A stretch of 64,000 bases of DNA from Fibrobacteria bacterium (GTDB lineage Bacteria > Fibrobacterota > Fibrobacteria > UBA11236 > JADFYW01): contig JBNKOC010000030.1 of assembly GCA_050294405.1 (NCBI GenBank), positions 44,397 to 108,396 of the forward strand, read 5' to 3'. Below the pieces are notes generated by a model. That model made no database searches. It saw nothing but the letters and a program-made list of their open reading frames with translations, and was not told the DNA's origin. Position numbers and translations under genes: made by a program. Shown here piece after piece: positions 50,144 through 60,778 of the stretch. Position 1 is the stretch's first letter. Each line of letters starts with the position of its first letter.

Positions 50144-51448
50144 ATGGGAATTTGGAATTGGATGTTAAAAACTGTGAACTGCATGGCATGTTTTTGCATT
50201 GTTGCAGTTTTACTAGCTTTTTCCAATAATTCTTATTCCAATCCACTCGAGAAAATTGATTTTGGAGTTGGAGCCTATGTTGATGGTGGTCGCCTGTTTA
50301 TAAAAGAAACATGGGATCGCGATGACTTTTTTACTCGTACGGGAGCCCGTTGGAATATCACTGGTAACATTTCAGAACAACTGAATTCTGAAATAAACCT
50401 TCACTGGTTATGGTGGAGAAATCATGCTTCCAGTTTAAATCAATTTCATATTGTTGGAATTAAATTCGATGCAGATCTCGAGGCTTCATTAAACTATCAA
50501 ATGAATGAAAATAACCTTTTAAAATTTGGGTTGTATGAATTTAAATACAATCCCGATTCAAAAAATTTAGGGGAATATTTAATCCGATCTGAAGCCTATC
50601 CATTGATAATTGAAAATGGCCAGGGAAAAGATGCATTCAGACCCTCTCATGCCAGAGTTGGAGGCATTCAATTTGATTATAAGGCAAATCCCCTATACGC
50701 CAGGGGGCTTATATTTTTAGAACAGACAAATATTCCTGCAAATGATTTAAGCATTGCAATTTTTGGAGGATTAAATACAGGAGCCTTTGATTTGGAAATC
50801 GGTGCCTCCTCAAGAAGGCTGTTAAAATTTGGTTCCGTGTATCAGGAATTTAAAGATCCTGATACTGTGCGGTTGAATTATATAAAATCCCAGGGGTTAA
50901 CGACTTCCGCTAATGTATTTATGGTAAGGGGAGCCATTGATCTGTATCACTTAATGGGCGTTGAAAGTAAAGATAAGTTTAAATTTTATATGGAGGCTGC
51001 TCTACTTGGCTTGAAAACGGACAGCCTTTTTTACACCAAGTTATCCGAGCGTCTTCCAATAATGGCAGGGATAGACATACCTAGTTTTAGCTTTTTTGAT
51101 GAGTTAGCCTTTGAAATTGAATACTTGAGTTACCCGCATAAGGATAAGAAATATTTGTTAGTGGACCAACCTGGCTCCAGTAAATATTCTCCACTACCTC
51201 CGGGGGTAGATTTGCCTGACCCTAATTTTCCACAACCCTTCCAAACATATCACAGAGATGATTGGAAGTGGAGTTTGAATATTGCCAAAAATTTAAATAA
51301 TTGGGTTGGGTTACGCGTAAAACTGGCAAACGATCATTTTCGGCTATTGGGATGGGACAAACAAGCTGCAACGGAGGGCGAAGCTTTAAATAAAATCCCA
51401 TTCCCAGGCAATTGGCATATTCTAATGCGATTGGAATGGCATAATTAG
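50144..51448 (+). CDS. Putative outer-membrane beta-barrel protein (paralog 1 of 3)
   Basis: Signal peptide; KYNPDSKNLGEYLIRSEAYP, DDWKWS, ANDHFR; ends WHILMRLEWHN. Confidence 0.7.
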   Translation: MGIWNWMLKTVNCMACFCIVAVLLAFSNNSYSNPLEKIDFGVGAYVDGGRLFIKETWDRDDFFTRTGARWNITGNISEQLNSEINLHWLWWRNHASSLNQFHIVGIKFDADLEASLNYQMNENNLLKFGLYEFKYNPDSKNLGEYLIRSEAYPLIIENGQGKDAFRPSHARVGGIQFDYKANPLYARGLIFLEQTNIPANDLSIAIFGGLNTGAFDLEIGASSRRLLKFGSVYQEFKDPDTVRLNYIKSQGLTTSANVFMVRGAIDLYHLMGVESKDKFKFYMEAALLGLKTDSLFYTKLSERLPIMAGIDIPSFSFFDELAFEIEYLSYPHKDKKYLLVDQPGSSKYSPLPPGVDLPDPNFPQPFQTYHRDDWKWSLNIAKNLNNWVGLRVKLANDHFRLLGWDKQAATEGEALNKIPFPGNWHILMRLEWHN

Positions 51449-51449
51449 T

Positions 51450-53063
51450 ATGAGTTTCTCAATTGTACATAAAAAGAGTATTCAACAAAATCGAAAATGG
51501 TTTTTGATTTTTATGCTAAGCCTTTCAAGTTTTGCTTTTTCTGAACCTAAGTTGAATTTATATACAGGCTTTGATATTGGTCGCCTTGAAAATGGCTATG
51601 ATATTGGTGCCGAATACGATGCGAGTGAAACTTTTTTAATCAGAAATTATGTTAATGTTGGTTATAACAATCAAATTGATGAAAAAAGCTTACTAAGTAT
51701 TGGAGTTGGTGGGGTTATGTGGAAGCCCTACGAGAAAAAAAACGACGCAGGAGCCCAACAATATCTTTCCTTTGGTCCTGGTATTTCCCATGCCTTTATG
51801 AAATACTCCTTGTCTGAGTCCATGCATTTAAATGTTGGTTACATGCCTTACAAATACAATGATAGAGCTCAAAACCTGGGAGAGTACTTATTTCGAAGTG
51901 AAGCTTATCCTACGATTATTTATACAGGTGGCTGGAATTGGATGAATTCCGCCTCCTATAATACTTTCGGTTTAAGGCTGAATATTTCCTCTTTAGAAGG
52001 TTCTTTACAGCAAGATATCGCATTATTTGCGGAGTACTTTAGCGTTCCTATTTTTGATTTAACTCCGGCTTATTTGATTCATTATAAACCAACAAATTTT
52101 ATAAAATTAGGAGGAGCTGTTTCCTGGCATCGAGCTATTACTCCTAGTAATGAAGTTCGCGAGGCTGTCACAAAAAAATATGGGTATTACAAAAACTTGC
52201 CCGTTCCAGCCTCTCCCAATCGGGGGCGATTTAGAGCTGACAATACTGGTCTTGAAGAAGTAGAGTATAATGCCGAATGGGCAAGTGGCGAAACAATAAC
52301 AGAAGCAGCTATTAGACAGCAAATATTTGATAATGCAGATGCGGTAGAGCTTTTAATTAGTGGAGTTACATCACCAGACCAAATTATCCTGGACACACTA
52401 AGCTATACAAACGCCAAAGAAGCATTTCTTTATTCAGGCCTAAAAGAAGATTTAGCAACCTTTACAGATACATCTTTCTTAGCTACTGATCCTGCTGCCC
52501 AGGCCACTTTTGATTCTATTTCCTTTTCAACCTCGGCCATAAAGTTAATGGCCTATTTTGATCTGGATCTAAGAAGCTTAATGGGTTTTGAGGCAGAGGA
52601 GTTAGGAAATTTTAACCTTTATGGGGAAGTGGCTCTGTTGGGAACCAAAAATTATCCGATTTTTTATACGGAGGCGAGTCAAAGACTAGTCAAAATGTTT
52701 GGGTTTAGTTTGCCTTTAAAATTCGGAGGCTTAAACATTCTGGACCACTTTTCTATTGAAGTTGAACACCTTCCCAATCCAAATGCAGAAAGTATTAAAA
52801 ACCTGCAGGCTAACCTTCAAGTAGTTCCCTTCCAGGATGACAGACTTGATGCGGAAAACAAAGCTTTTAAAGTTTGGAATTCAGATGATTTTAAGTGGAG
52901 TATAAATGCCAGCCGGAAAATGGGCCCAATGTCTTTTTTCATTCAATTTGCCAATGATCACTTGCGCTTAAAAGATGGGGGTACTACAGAGCCGTCTATT
53001 ATTCCTGTAACAAATAAGCCCTCACATTGGTACTGGCTGACCAGAATAGAATGGAGCATGTAA
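51450..53063 (+). CDS. Putative outer-membrane beta-barrel protein (paralog 2 of 3)
   Basis: KYNDRAQNLGEYLFRSEAYP, YGEVALLGTKNYP, DDFKWS, ANDHLR; ends WYWLTRIEWSM. Confidence 0.7.
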   Translation: MSFSIVHKKSIQQNRKWFLIFMLSLSSFAFSEPKLNLYTGFDIGRLENGYDIGAEYDASETFLIRNYVNVGYNNQIDEKSLLSIGVGGVMWKPYEKKNDAGAQQYLSFGPGISHAFMKYSLSESMHLNVGYMPYKYNDRAQNLGEYLFRSEAYPTIIYTGGWNWMNSASYNTFGLRLNISSLEGSLQQDIALFAEYFSVPIFDLTPAYLIHYKPTNFIKLGGAVSWHRAITPSNEVREAVTKKYGYYKNLPVPASPNRGRFRADNTGLEEVEYNAEWASGETITEAAIRQQIFDNADAVELLISGVTSPDQIILDTLSYTNAKEAFLYSGLKEDLATFTDTSFLATDPAAQATFDSISFSTSAIKLMAYFDLDLRSLMGFEAEELGNFNLYGEVALLGTKNYPIFYTEASQRLVKMFGFSLPLKFGGLNILDHFSIEVEHLPNPNAESIKNLQANLQVVPFQDDRLDAENKAFKVWNSDDFKWSINASRKMGPMSFFIQFANDHLRLKDGGTTEPSIIPVTNKPSHWYWLTRIEWSM

Positions 53064-53069
53064 ATTAGC

Positions 53070-54467
53070 ATGGGTAACTTATTAAACATGAATCAAAGAG
53101 TGCTCATTGCTAGCAAGACAATAGGGCTTGTGGCAGTTCTGATTCTGACTGCACATCAATCTGTCTGTGCAAACGATCCTGAATTTAATGTTTTCATTGG
53201 ACTGGATGCCGGTCGAATTGAAAAGGGTAAGGATATGGAGCTGAAAAATCAGCAACGAGATGTGGAAGGATACACCTTAGTCCGAAATTATTTTAACCTT
53301 TCTTTTACCCAGCAGTTGGACGAAAAAAATCTTATTAGCTTAGGAGTAGGTGGGCTTTTCTTTAAACCATACCTAAAAAGTGGCGAGGCAATTGGTGATA
53401 AGACGCTTAAATTTGGTCCAGGAATTTCTCATGCAAAAATGGTTTATTCATTTAATGAAAATATGGATTTAACCTATGGCTATTTTGACTATAAATACAA
53501 CCCTGGAGCGAAAAATTTAGGTGAATATTTATTTCGCACGGAGGCATACCCTACCATTGTGTTTACTGGAGGTTGGGTATGGTTGAATTCAGCATCATAC
53601 ACCAGTACTGGAGCAAAATACAGTTTTAACATTGGAGAAGGTTTTTTTCAATCAGACTTTCTGCTGTTCATGGAAATGTTTAACAGCCCAATTTATGACA
53701 TTACCCCGGCTTATGTTGGGAGCCTCAACCCTACTTCTTTTTTGCGATTTGGAGCTGGAGTTTCCTTACATAGGTTTATTGTTCCTACTTTTGGAGTAAG
53801 GGAAGAGTTAACGAAACCAAAGGTTTATGTAAAAGATGTCCCCATTACACCTACTGAGGACCATCCTTCTCCAGTATTTACCGGTTTGGTTTCGGATCTC
53901 CAAAACATCGATCCTATTAAATATGCAGATAGCGCTTCCTATGTGACTCAAACAGTAACCCTGAATAATAGGGCGATAAAATTAATGGCCTACTTTAACC
54001 TGGATTTTCGGGATTTAATTGGGTTAGACAGGGAAAGTTTTCCAGAATTTATGCTTTATGGCGAAACATCCTTAATTGGGACTAAAAATTATCCAATTTT
54101 TTATACAAAATATAGCCAGCGTTTGGTTTCGATGATAGGGTTGAGTATTCCAGTTCCGGTAATTTTTGATCATTTGTCTTTTGAGCTGGAGTATTTAAAA
54201 AACCCCAACATAGAAAGCATTAAAAGCACGTATGATATTTTGGACTTATCCCCTGACATGGATTACCGATACCAAAATATCACTAAAGACGATGTAAAAT
54301 GGACGCTACATGGCAGTCGAAAATTGGGCAGCATTACAAGCTTGTATTTCCAAGTTGCCAACGATCATTTCCGCCCAAAAAATGACTTTGCCCAGCCCAT
54401 GTCCATCCCTATCACCAATGAACTTTCCCACTGGTATTGGCTCGTTCGTTTTCAATGGGCCCTTTAA
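53070..54467 (+). CDS. Putative outer-membrane beta-barrel protein (paralog 3 of 3)
   Basis: KYNPGAKNLGEYLFRTEAYP, YGETSLIGTKNYP, DDVKWT, ANDHFR; ends WYWLVRFQWAL. Confidence 0.7.
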   Translation: MGNLLNMNQRVLIASKTIGLVAVLILTAHQSVCANDPEFNVFIGLDAGRIEKGKDMELKNQQRDVEGYTLVRNYFNLSFTQQLDEKNLISLGVGGLFFKPYLKSGEAIGDKTLKFGPGISHAKMVYSFNENMDLTYGYFDYKYNPGAKNLGEYLFRTEAYPTIVFTGGWVWLNSASYTSTGAKYSFNIGEGFFQSDFLLFMEMFNSPIYDITPAYVGSLNPTSFLRFGAGVSLHRFIVPTFGVREELTKPKVYVKDVPITPTEDHPSPVFTGLVSDLQNIDPIKYADSASYVTQTVTLNNRAIKLMAYFNLDFRDLIGLDRESFPEFMLYGETSLIGTKNYPIFYTKYSQRLVSMIGLSIPVPVIFDHLSFELEYLKNPNIESIKSTYDILDLSPDMDYRYQNITKDDVKWTLHGSRKLGSITSLYFQVANDHFRPKNDFAQPMSIPITNELSHWYWLVRFQWAL

Positions 54468-54631
54468 AAATAGCTGATTTTAAGCGTCAAGTTTTTTTTA
54501 CCCTACCAAAATTGTCCGCTAAAATAGCCTTAATTTAGGCCAATTCCATACTCAATTCAGGATTTTTTTTAAAACCCTGTTATTTTGGCAAGATTTGCGA
54601 TAAAATGAAATAAAATGCAGGCTCGAAAAAT

Positions 54632-56302
54632 ATGAAAAAGCAATTTAATCCCAATCTAAATTTTAAAATAGGTTTGGTTCTCGCTGTGGTTTTAGCTGGC
54701 TTTATTGGCATTATTGTGGCCAATTTGATGGCTATGAATAAAATCAAGGCTAAATCTTCTACAATAAAGGATGTATACGTAGAACATGCCCTACTGGGAG
54801 AAGAAATGCGCTTTAATGTTGTGGAAGTCCAACAGTGGTTAACTGATTATGCTTTAACTGGGAGAAACGATGGCTTAGGCCTTGCACAAAAATACAGAGA
54901 CAAATTTTTAAAAGAAATAAAAATTTTTAAGAGCTATTTCGAAGAAGCGGACAATAAAGAGTTTCTCGAGAAATCCAAATCCATCGAATCCAATTTTAAT
55001 GATTTTTACAAATTAGGTTTGGAGATGGCTGGGGTTTATTTAAATCAAGGTCGGGATACAGGCAATATTTTTATGGAAAAATTTGATCCATATGTGAATA
55101 AGTTGCTTCAGGATATAAATGAATTGGTTGAATACAAGGTGGGAGCATTAAACACGGCCAATCAGGAAATGAATACAATGGCTGCCAAAGGTCTTAAAAC
55201 CACAATATTTATTGGAATGATTTCAATGTTAATCGTTATGTTAGTGGGCTTCTTTATTTTTAAATCCCTTTTAACACCCATACGTACGCTTCGGGACAAC
55301 CTTAAAAATATTGCCTCGGGGGAGGGGGATCTTACACTTCGGTTACCGGTTACCTCAAAGGATGAGGTAGGGGAAATGGCTCAAAACTTTAATTTGTTTA
55401 TAGAAAAAATTCAGATGATTGTGCAAAAACTATATAGCCAATTGTCGCAGGTTACCAGTTCTGTAGATGACTTAAAAAACTATTCAAGAAATATTGGCGA
55501 AGGTGCGGGACAGGCAGCCGAAAAGAGCATTTCACTTGCTAGTTCTATAGAACAGAGTAATGCAGGAGTAAATGGCATATCTGCCGGGGCAGAGGAAATG
55601 AGCATAACGGTAAGTACGGTGGCTTCCGCTATTGAAGAAATGAGCGCTTCCTTGAATGAAGTGGCAAAGAGCTGCCACAAGGAGCTGGAAATTGCAACTA
55701 GAGCCGAAAGCCAGTCCAAAACTGTTTTGGAAATTATCAGCCGTTTGGAACAATCAGCTAACCAAATAGGAAAAGTTATTGATGTTATTTCCAAAATAGC
55801 CAGTCAAACCGATTTGTTGGCTTTGAACGCTACCATAGAAGCAGCTTCCGCAGGGGAATCTGGAAAGGGTTTTGCCGTTGTAGCTAATGAGGTTAAAGAT
55901 TTGGCCAAGAAGACGGCCCAGGCTACAGAGGAAATTGTTTCTCTCATTAATGAAATCCGGAAAAATACCGATGAATCCGTAAAATCAATACAGGGAATCA
56001 ATGGTGTTATTGGAGACATTAATACTATTTCTCATAACATTGTTTCTGCAGTGGAGGAGCAGTCTTCCACCATTAACGAAATATCAGGGAATGTTGCTGG
56101 CGCGAGCCAGGCGGCTACAGAAATTTCCAGAAACATCCAGGAAATATCTACCGGCATAGGAGAAATTTCCAAAAATATGTTGGGGGTAACTCAGGTGGTG
56201 GAAGAGTCGGCCACCGGAGTACAGAAGATCGAAGACAACGCCTCGAACTTGTTTAAATTTGCCCAGGATTTATCCGGCATCGTTAAAAGCTTTAAGTTTT
56301 AA
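54632..56302 (+). CDS. Methyl-accepting chemotaxis protein
   Basis: Two TM segments, periplasmic helical sensor (VQQWLTD), HAMP (GEGDLT..L...DEVG), [31 protein letters not shown]. Confidence 0.93.
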   Translation: MKKQFNPNLNFKIGLVLAVVLAGFIGIIVANLMAMNKIKAKSSTIKDVYVEHALLGEEMRFNVVEVQQWLTDYALTGRNDGLGLAQKYRDKFLKEIKIFKSYFEEADNKEFLEKSKSIESNFNDFYKLGLEMAGVYLNQGRDTGNIFMEKFDPYVNKLLQDINELVEYKVGALNTANQEMNTMAAKGLKTTIFIGMISMLIVMLVGFFIFKSLLTPIRTLRDNLKNIASGEGDLTLRLPVTSKDEVGEMAQNFNLFIEKIQMIVQKLYSQLSQVTSSVDDLKNYSRNIGEGAGQAAEKSISLASSIEQSNAGVNGISAGAEEMSITVSTVASAIEEMSASLNEVAKSCHKELEIATRAESQSKTVLEIISRLEQSANQIGKVIDVISKIASQTDLLALNATIEAASAGESGKGFAVVANEVKDLAKKTAQATEEIVSLINEIRKNTDESVKSIQGINGVIGDINTISHNIVSAVEEQSSTINEISGNVAGASQAATEISRNIQEISTGIGEISKNMLGVTQVVEESATGVQKIEDNASNLFKFAQDLSGIVKSFKF

Positions 56303-57060
56303 TAACCTGTGTTTTCCAGTTTCGATCCCAAATGGCTGGAACGGTAATCCTTTGGCGATGTTCCCATTTGTTTTGCAAATTGCTTGGTGAAATAGCTTTG
56401 ATCGTTATAACCGGTTTTCTGGGAAATTTTTCCAATGGATAAGCTTGTATGTGATAACATCCTACATGCCGCCTTAATCCTAATCATGTTTAGATATTTG
56501 TTAGGAGATACATGGAATGCTTTTTTAAAGTTCCTTTCGAATTGGACTACGCTTAGGTTAGCCATTTTTGCCATTTCCTTAACAGTTAAGGGTTGGTCAA
56601 AGTGGTTGTTAATGTGCCGTGCAATATCATTAATCCCGCGAATCGGCAAAAGGCTATTATTCGATTTGGCTATTCTACGGGTATAACCCATTGTCCCCCA
56701 AACTTCACCATTTTGTTTTTTTAGAGGTATTTTAGAAGTGGAGTATTGAAGCAATTTGCCTCCATCGCTTCTCACAAGTTCCATTTTATTTAAAATGGGT
56801 TTAGCCGTAGAAATTACCTGTTCATCATCAGCAACATATTCTTTTGCCAGGGGATAGGGAGAAACATCAAAATCGGTTTTGCCCATTAACTCTTTGGACA
56901 GGCTAAACCCAAGGGCTTGCAAAAAGGCGGTGTTAAATAAAATAAACCTGCCAGTTGTGTCTTTAATCCAAAACTGAATGTCGGGGATGCTTTCCAGGAG
57001 CATCATAATATTTTCACCCTGGAGCATTTGTAAATTATTATAAAAAATGGCCATTTTCAC
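56299..57060 (-). CDS. PAS-AraC family transcriptional regulator
   Basis: PAS (FWIKD..GR....N, GKTDFD, DDEQV) plus AraC double HTH ([21 protein letters not shown]...GTSPKDYR). Confidence 0.9.
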   Translation of the reverse strand: MKMAIFYNNLQMLQGENIMMLLESIPDIQFWIKDTTGRFILFNTAFLQALGFSLSKELMGKTDFDVSPYPLAKEYVADDEQVISTAKPILNKMELVRSDGGKLLQYSTSKIPLKKQNGEVWGTMGYTRRIAKSNNSLLPIRGINDIARHINNHFDQPLTVKEMAKMANLSVVQFERNFKKAFHVSPNKYLNMIRIKAACRMLSHTSLSIGKISQKTGYNDQSYFTKQFAKQMGTSPKDYRSSHLGSKLENTGY

Positions 57061-57289
57061 CCTGTTTTCAAAAACTGTTAAAGTTTACAGGCTGCCCAAT
57101 TCCCCCGAAAAACAACCTTTGATTAAAATATACCAAAAATGTTAATAATACTATTCGTTTTTTAAGTAATTTCAAAAAGTCTATAGGGGAAAAGAAACAA
57201 TCAGCGCAATTACGGGTCTTCCCCTATATTATTAGGGATTGTTTAAATTATTACAAATTTTGTAAGATAAATTAAAAACGGGGAAGGGA

Positions 57290-58462
57290 ATGCGGACAAT
57301 AATTTATCTGCCTATGTGGCGTTTTGCGTTTTTTTTACTGGGATTTTTTGAGTTTACCGCAGCCCAGGATGTTTCGGTGGTAGAAGCCCATGGAAAATTG
57401 AAAGTCAACGGCAACAAAATAGTGGATGAGAATGATAACAATGTTCAGCTTCGTGGGATGTCCTTGTATTGGAGCCAATGGCAAGGAGAATTTTACAATC
57501 AATCCACTGTGAACTGGCTGGTGGAAAATTGGAAGTGTACTTGGGTTAGGGCCGCAATGGCCATTGAAGAGGGCGGTTATACTGAAAACCAAGGCGAAGA
57601 AAAGGATAAAGTGTTTAGGGTAATTGATGCAGCTATTGAAGCCGGCATCTATGTTATCGTAGATTGGCATGATCACCATGCAGACAATAAACGGGAGTTA
57701 GCTCGCGAATTTTTTAGGGAAGTGGCCCAACGCTACGGGCATTACCCTAATATTATCTACGAATTATGGAATGAGCCGTTAAACATACATGACTGGAGCC
57801 AGGTTATTAAGCCTTATCACGAATATGTAATTCAGGGAATAAGGGAAATAGACGGAGATAATTTGATTATTTGTGGAACTTCGGTTTGGTCCCAAGCCGT
57901 AGATAAAGCCGCTGACGACCCTATTGAAAACTTTGAAAATGTAGCATATACATTGCACTATTATGCAGGCACTCATGGCGAGGACCTAATGGACAAAGCC
58001 AGGTATGCTTTGGATAAGGATATCGCCATTGTAGTGACAGAATGGGGAACCAGCGAAGCCTCAGGCGGCGGGTATTTTGGAGAAAATGAAAGCCATGATT
58101 GGTGGGATTTTCTCGATGAGAACCACATTAGCTGGGCTAATTGGTCCCTTTCTCGGGTGGAAGAAACTTCAGCGGCTCTGGTTCCCAATGCAGGTACCGA
58201 AGGGGGCTGGCAGGACAATGATCTTTCCCGTTCGGGAAGGTTAGTGCGCAATGAACTTTTGGATAAATATCAGGAGCCCATTTTAACTGTTCAAAAGGGC
58301 AAGTTGCAAATAAATCTATCCGGGGAAAAATATAACTGGAGTGGGATCAACGCTTCTGTTTTTGGAGAGGTATACGATATAAACGGAAAGAAAAGCTTAA
58401 TATTATCCACGGACAGAAAAAGCAGCCGACTCAAATTAATTCGAGAGCACAGCGCTTTCTAA
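57290..58462 (+). CDS. Glycoside hydrolase family 5 endoglucanase (GH5_2-like)
   Basis: QLRGMS, IVDWH, YELWNEP (acid/base), TLHYYA, VTEWG (nucleophile), SWANWS; basic CTD-like tail (VYDINGKK). Confidence 0.92.
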   Translation: MRTIIYLPMWRFAFFLLGFFEFTAAQDVSVVEAHGKLKVNGNKIVDENDNNVQLRGMSLYWSQWQGEFYNQSTVNWLVENWKCTWVRAAMAIEEGGYTENQGEEKDKVFRVIDAAIEAGIYVIVDWHDHHADNKRELAREFFREVAQRYGHYPNIIYELWNEPLNIHDWSQVIKPYHEYVIQGIREIDGDNLIICGTSVWSQAVDKAADDPIENFENVAYTLHYYAGTHGEDLMDKARYALDKDIAIVVTEWGTSEASGGGYFGENESHDWWDFLDENHISWANWSLSRVEETSAALVPNAGTEGGWQDNDLSRSGRLVRNELLDKYQEPILTVQKGKLQINLSGEKYNWSGINASVFGEVYDINGKKSLILSTDRKSSRLKLIREHSAF

Positions 58463-58663
58463 TTAATTTTGCAAAGCTCCTAAAGCTGGGGCGAAATTTT
58501 CCTCAAGGTTCTGGAATTTTTTTCCCTTAAAAATATTCCATCTTCTCATATAACTCAAAGTTAATCATATGGATTAAATTTTTTAAGAAATTGCCCTTTT
58601 ATTTTTTTTAATGTATTTAAAGCAAACTTTTACCTGGGGTTTAATATATCGCTTTAGGCTAGA

Positions 58664-58679
58664 TGGCACTTTAATTGCA
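58664..58679 (+). promoter_or_regulatory. sigma54 (-24/-12) promoter
   Basis: Exact TGGCAC-N5-TTGCA, about 30 nt upstream of ATG 58710; RBS AAGGAGG. Confidence 0.75.
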
Positions 58680-58709
58680 TAACTAAAATATTCAAATAAG
58701 GAGGCCATT

Positions 58710-59477
58710 ATGGAACATTGGGTTACGCATACCCAGGTTAAGGTGGAATATAACGAGGGGCAATCACAATTTCAGATTTCAAAATTTGAGTATTTCAGGC
58801 AAGGCGATTTGTCTGCTGTCAACACGTTTGCAAATACATTCCAGTCCAGCTTAGCTGGAATTAATAACAACCCATGTTGTTGCGCATCATCAAATTCCGA
58901 AAAAGAGACTAAGCTGGAAAACATTTTAGCCTCTATTAAAGATGTCTTGCAAAGAGACAAACTCAAGGGGATTCACTATACGAGAATCCGAATAGAAAGC
59001 TCATATACTGGAGAATCCAATGTAACGGCTCATATCAATCAAAATGGAATTTTGAAAACCAAGTCCTTTTCTTTAAATGAACAATTAAAAAAGATGGTTG
59101 AAAAGTTAAAAGTCCAATTGGTTTTAAATTATTTAAGCCAAAAAAATGTAAATGTTTCCGAGGCTTGCAAACACAATTATGAGAAGGTTCAAAAAGAGCT
59201 GGCCTCCATGGTTAAGCATAAGCCTGTATGCCTTAATTTAAAATGTTGTGATAATAAATTAGTGGCCGAAAATTTAGACCACGGGGAAATGCAGATTCTA
59301 AATGTGGATTTAGGGAAAAAAATTAATAGCTGGCTTAAAAAATCAATTTCCAATGATGCTCATGGATTTCCACACGCCTTTTTTAAATCTGAGGAAAAAC
59401 AAAAGGCTGTTGAGCCCCACATAGAGGGTGGCCCATTTCCAAAAAGCGAAAATATTGGGACTTCCCAAGTATGTTAA
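58710..59477 (+). CDS. Hypothetical protein (sigma54-driven); 3' end uncertain
   Basis: Strong RBS and a sigma54 promoter; the last 135 nt overlap the convergent MATE gene. Confidence 0.6.
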   Translation: MEHWVTHTQVKVEYNEGQSQFQISKFEYFRQGDLSAVNTFANTFQSSLAGINNNPCCCASSNSEKETKLENILASIKDVLQRDKLKGIHYTRIRIESSYTGESNVTAHINQNGILKTKSFSLNEQLKKMVEKLKVQLVLNYLSQKNVNVSEACKHNYEKVQKELASMVKHKPVCLNLKCCDNKLVAENLDHGEMQILNVDLGKKINSWLKKSISNDAHGFPHAFFKSEEKQKAVEPHIEGGPFPKSENIGTSQVC

Positions 59478-60722
59478 GATTCCACTGGGAAGCAATAAAA
59501 CAAAAATCGAGGTCAACAATATTACTCTCATTACAAAACGGGTATCACCTGCTCCTTTTATGGCGTTGGAGCAGATAATGCTAAGGGCATCAAAAAGAGT
59601 AATTACAGCTATATATTTTAAAAGATGTTTGCTAATATCAAAAATGGGGGCGAAATTTTCAGAACCCTGGCCCCAACCAAAAGGATTGATAAATAATTGG
59701 GGTACAAGGGCATACATTAAAGACATAAAGGAGATGTAAACCAGAGTGATTTTTAAAACCCGAAGTGCTGTCTTTGCGGCTTGTTCGGGATTTTTTGCGC
59801 CGATGTATTTTCCCACCAGAATATTTGCCGTAATGCCAAGTCCCATTAGAGGTAAGAGGCCTAATAGATTAATTTGCATGGCCACATTGCTGGCTGCCAA
59901 TTCATTTGCGCCAATTCGTCCCACCAGAAGCATAAAAAAAGTGAATCCCATGACATCAATAAAAAAGTGGACTCCTGCAGGCAAACCATACTTTATAAAA
60001 CGGCTAATCAAATCTTTTTTAAACACCCATCCCCTGGCAAATTGGAATTCTGAATTAGCGGGTTTTGCAATAAGAACTATATACACAAGACAGCTAAATA
60101 CTGAAGCTACAAATGTGGCGTAACCAGCCCCCCGGATTCCAAATTCAGGAAGCGAAAATTTCCCGAAAATAAAAATGTAATCGAGAACAATGTTTATAAT
60201 CATCATGGAAAAATTAACCCGCATAATAGTCCAGGTTTTGCCACGTCCAGAAAAAAAGCTGCTTAAAGTTGCATTAGCTAAAAAAGGCAGGGCGCAGAAA
60301 TTTAGAATTCGAAAATACTGGACTTCTTCTGCCTGAACTTCGGCTGCATGGCCTACCCAGGCGAAAAACTCGGGAGAAAAAATCCCTATTATTGGCATGA
60401 TTATGGCGCCTAGCGTGGCTATGTATATGCCATGCCATATAATTTGCCCGATTTTATCTTTTTGCTTAGCTCCAAAATACTGAGCCACAAAAGTCCCGGT
60501 GTAGGAAACGGTTCCCATAAAAATGCATAGGAAACTAAAATTAAACATTCCTGCTGGTACTGCTGCCGCCAGAGAAATTTTAGAATGCCAGCTCAATAAC
60601 ATCCTGTCGCTAAAAAGCAACACAGAAATGGATCCCGTGCTCAAAATCAGGGGAAGGGCTATTTGCAAAACCTCTCGGTAGCCCCCTTCTGTATTCCATC
60701 TGCTATGTTTTGAATTTGGCAT
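59343..60722 (-). CDS. MATE family efflux transporter
   Basis: LALP-like IALPL, DRML, VAQYFGA, LDYIFIFG..G..GAGYAT, GAGDT; about 12 TM segments. Confidence 0.9.
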   Translation of the reverse strand: MPNSKHSRWNTEGGYREVLQIALPLILSTGSISVLLFSDRMLLSWHSKISLAAAVPAGMFNFSFLCIFMGTVSYTGTFVAQYFGAKQKDKIGQIIWHGIYIATLGAIIMPIIGIFSPEFFAWVGHAAEVQAEEVQYFRILNFCALPFLANATLSSFFSGRGKTWTIMRVNFSMMIINIVLDYIFIFGKFSLPEFGIRGAGYATFVASVFSCLVYIVLIAKPANSEFQFARGWVFKKDLISRFIKYGLPAGVHFFIDVMGFTFFMLLVGRIGANELAASNVAMQINLLGLLPLMGLGITANILVGKYIGAKNPEQAAKTALRVLKITLVYISFMSLMYALVPQLFINPFGWGQGSENFAPIFDISKHLLKYIAVITLFDALSIICSNAIKGAGDTRFVMRVILLTSIFVLLLPSGILTYLGSPNIFAFWKWATLYVGLNSLLFFLRFKKGVWKSMSIIGN

Positions 60723-60778
60723 AGCATAGCAAGTTAGCTTTTTTAAGGCCTTATTTATAAGGGGCTAAAAAAATAATT

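Noticed and set aside
54586..54598. TGGCA...TTGC upstream of the MCP as a sigma54 promoter
   Set aside because: GG-to-GC spacing is 8 nt, not the required 10.
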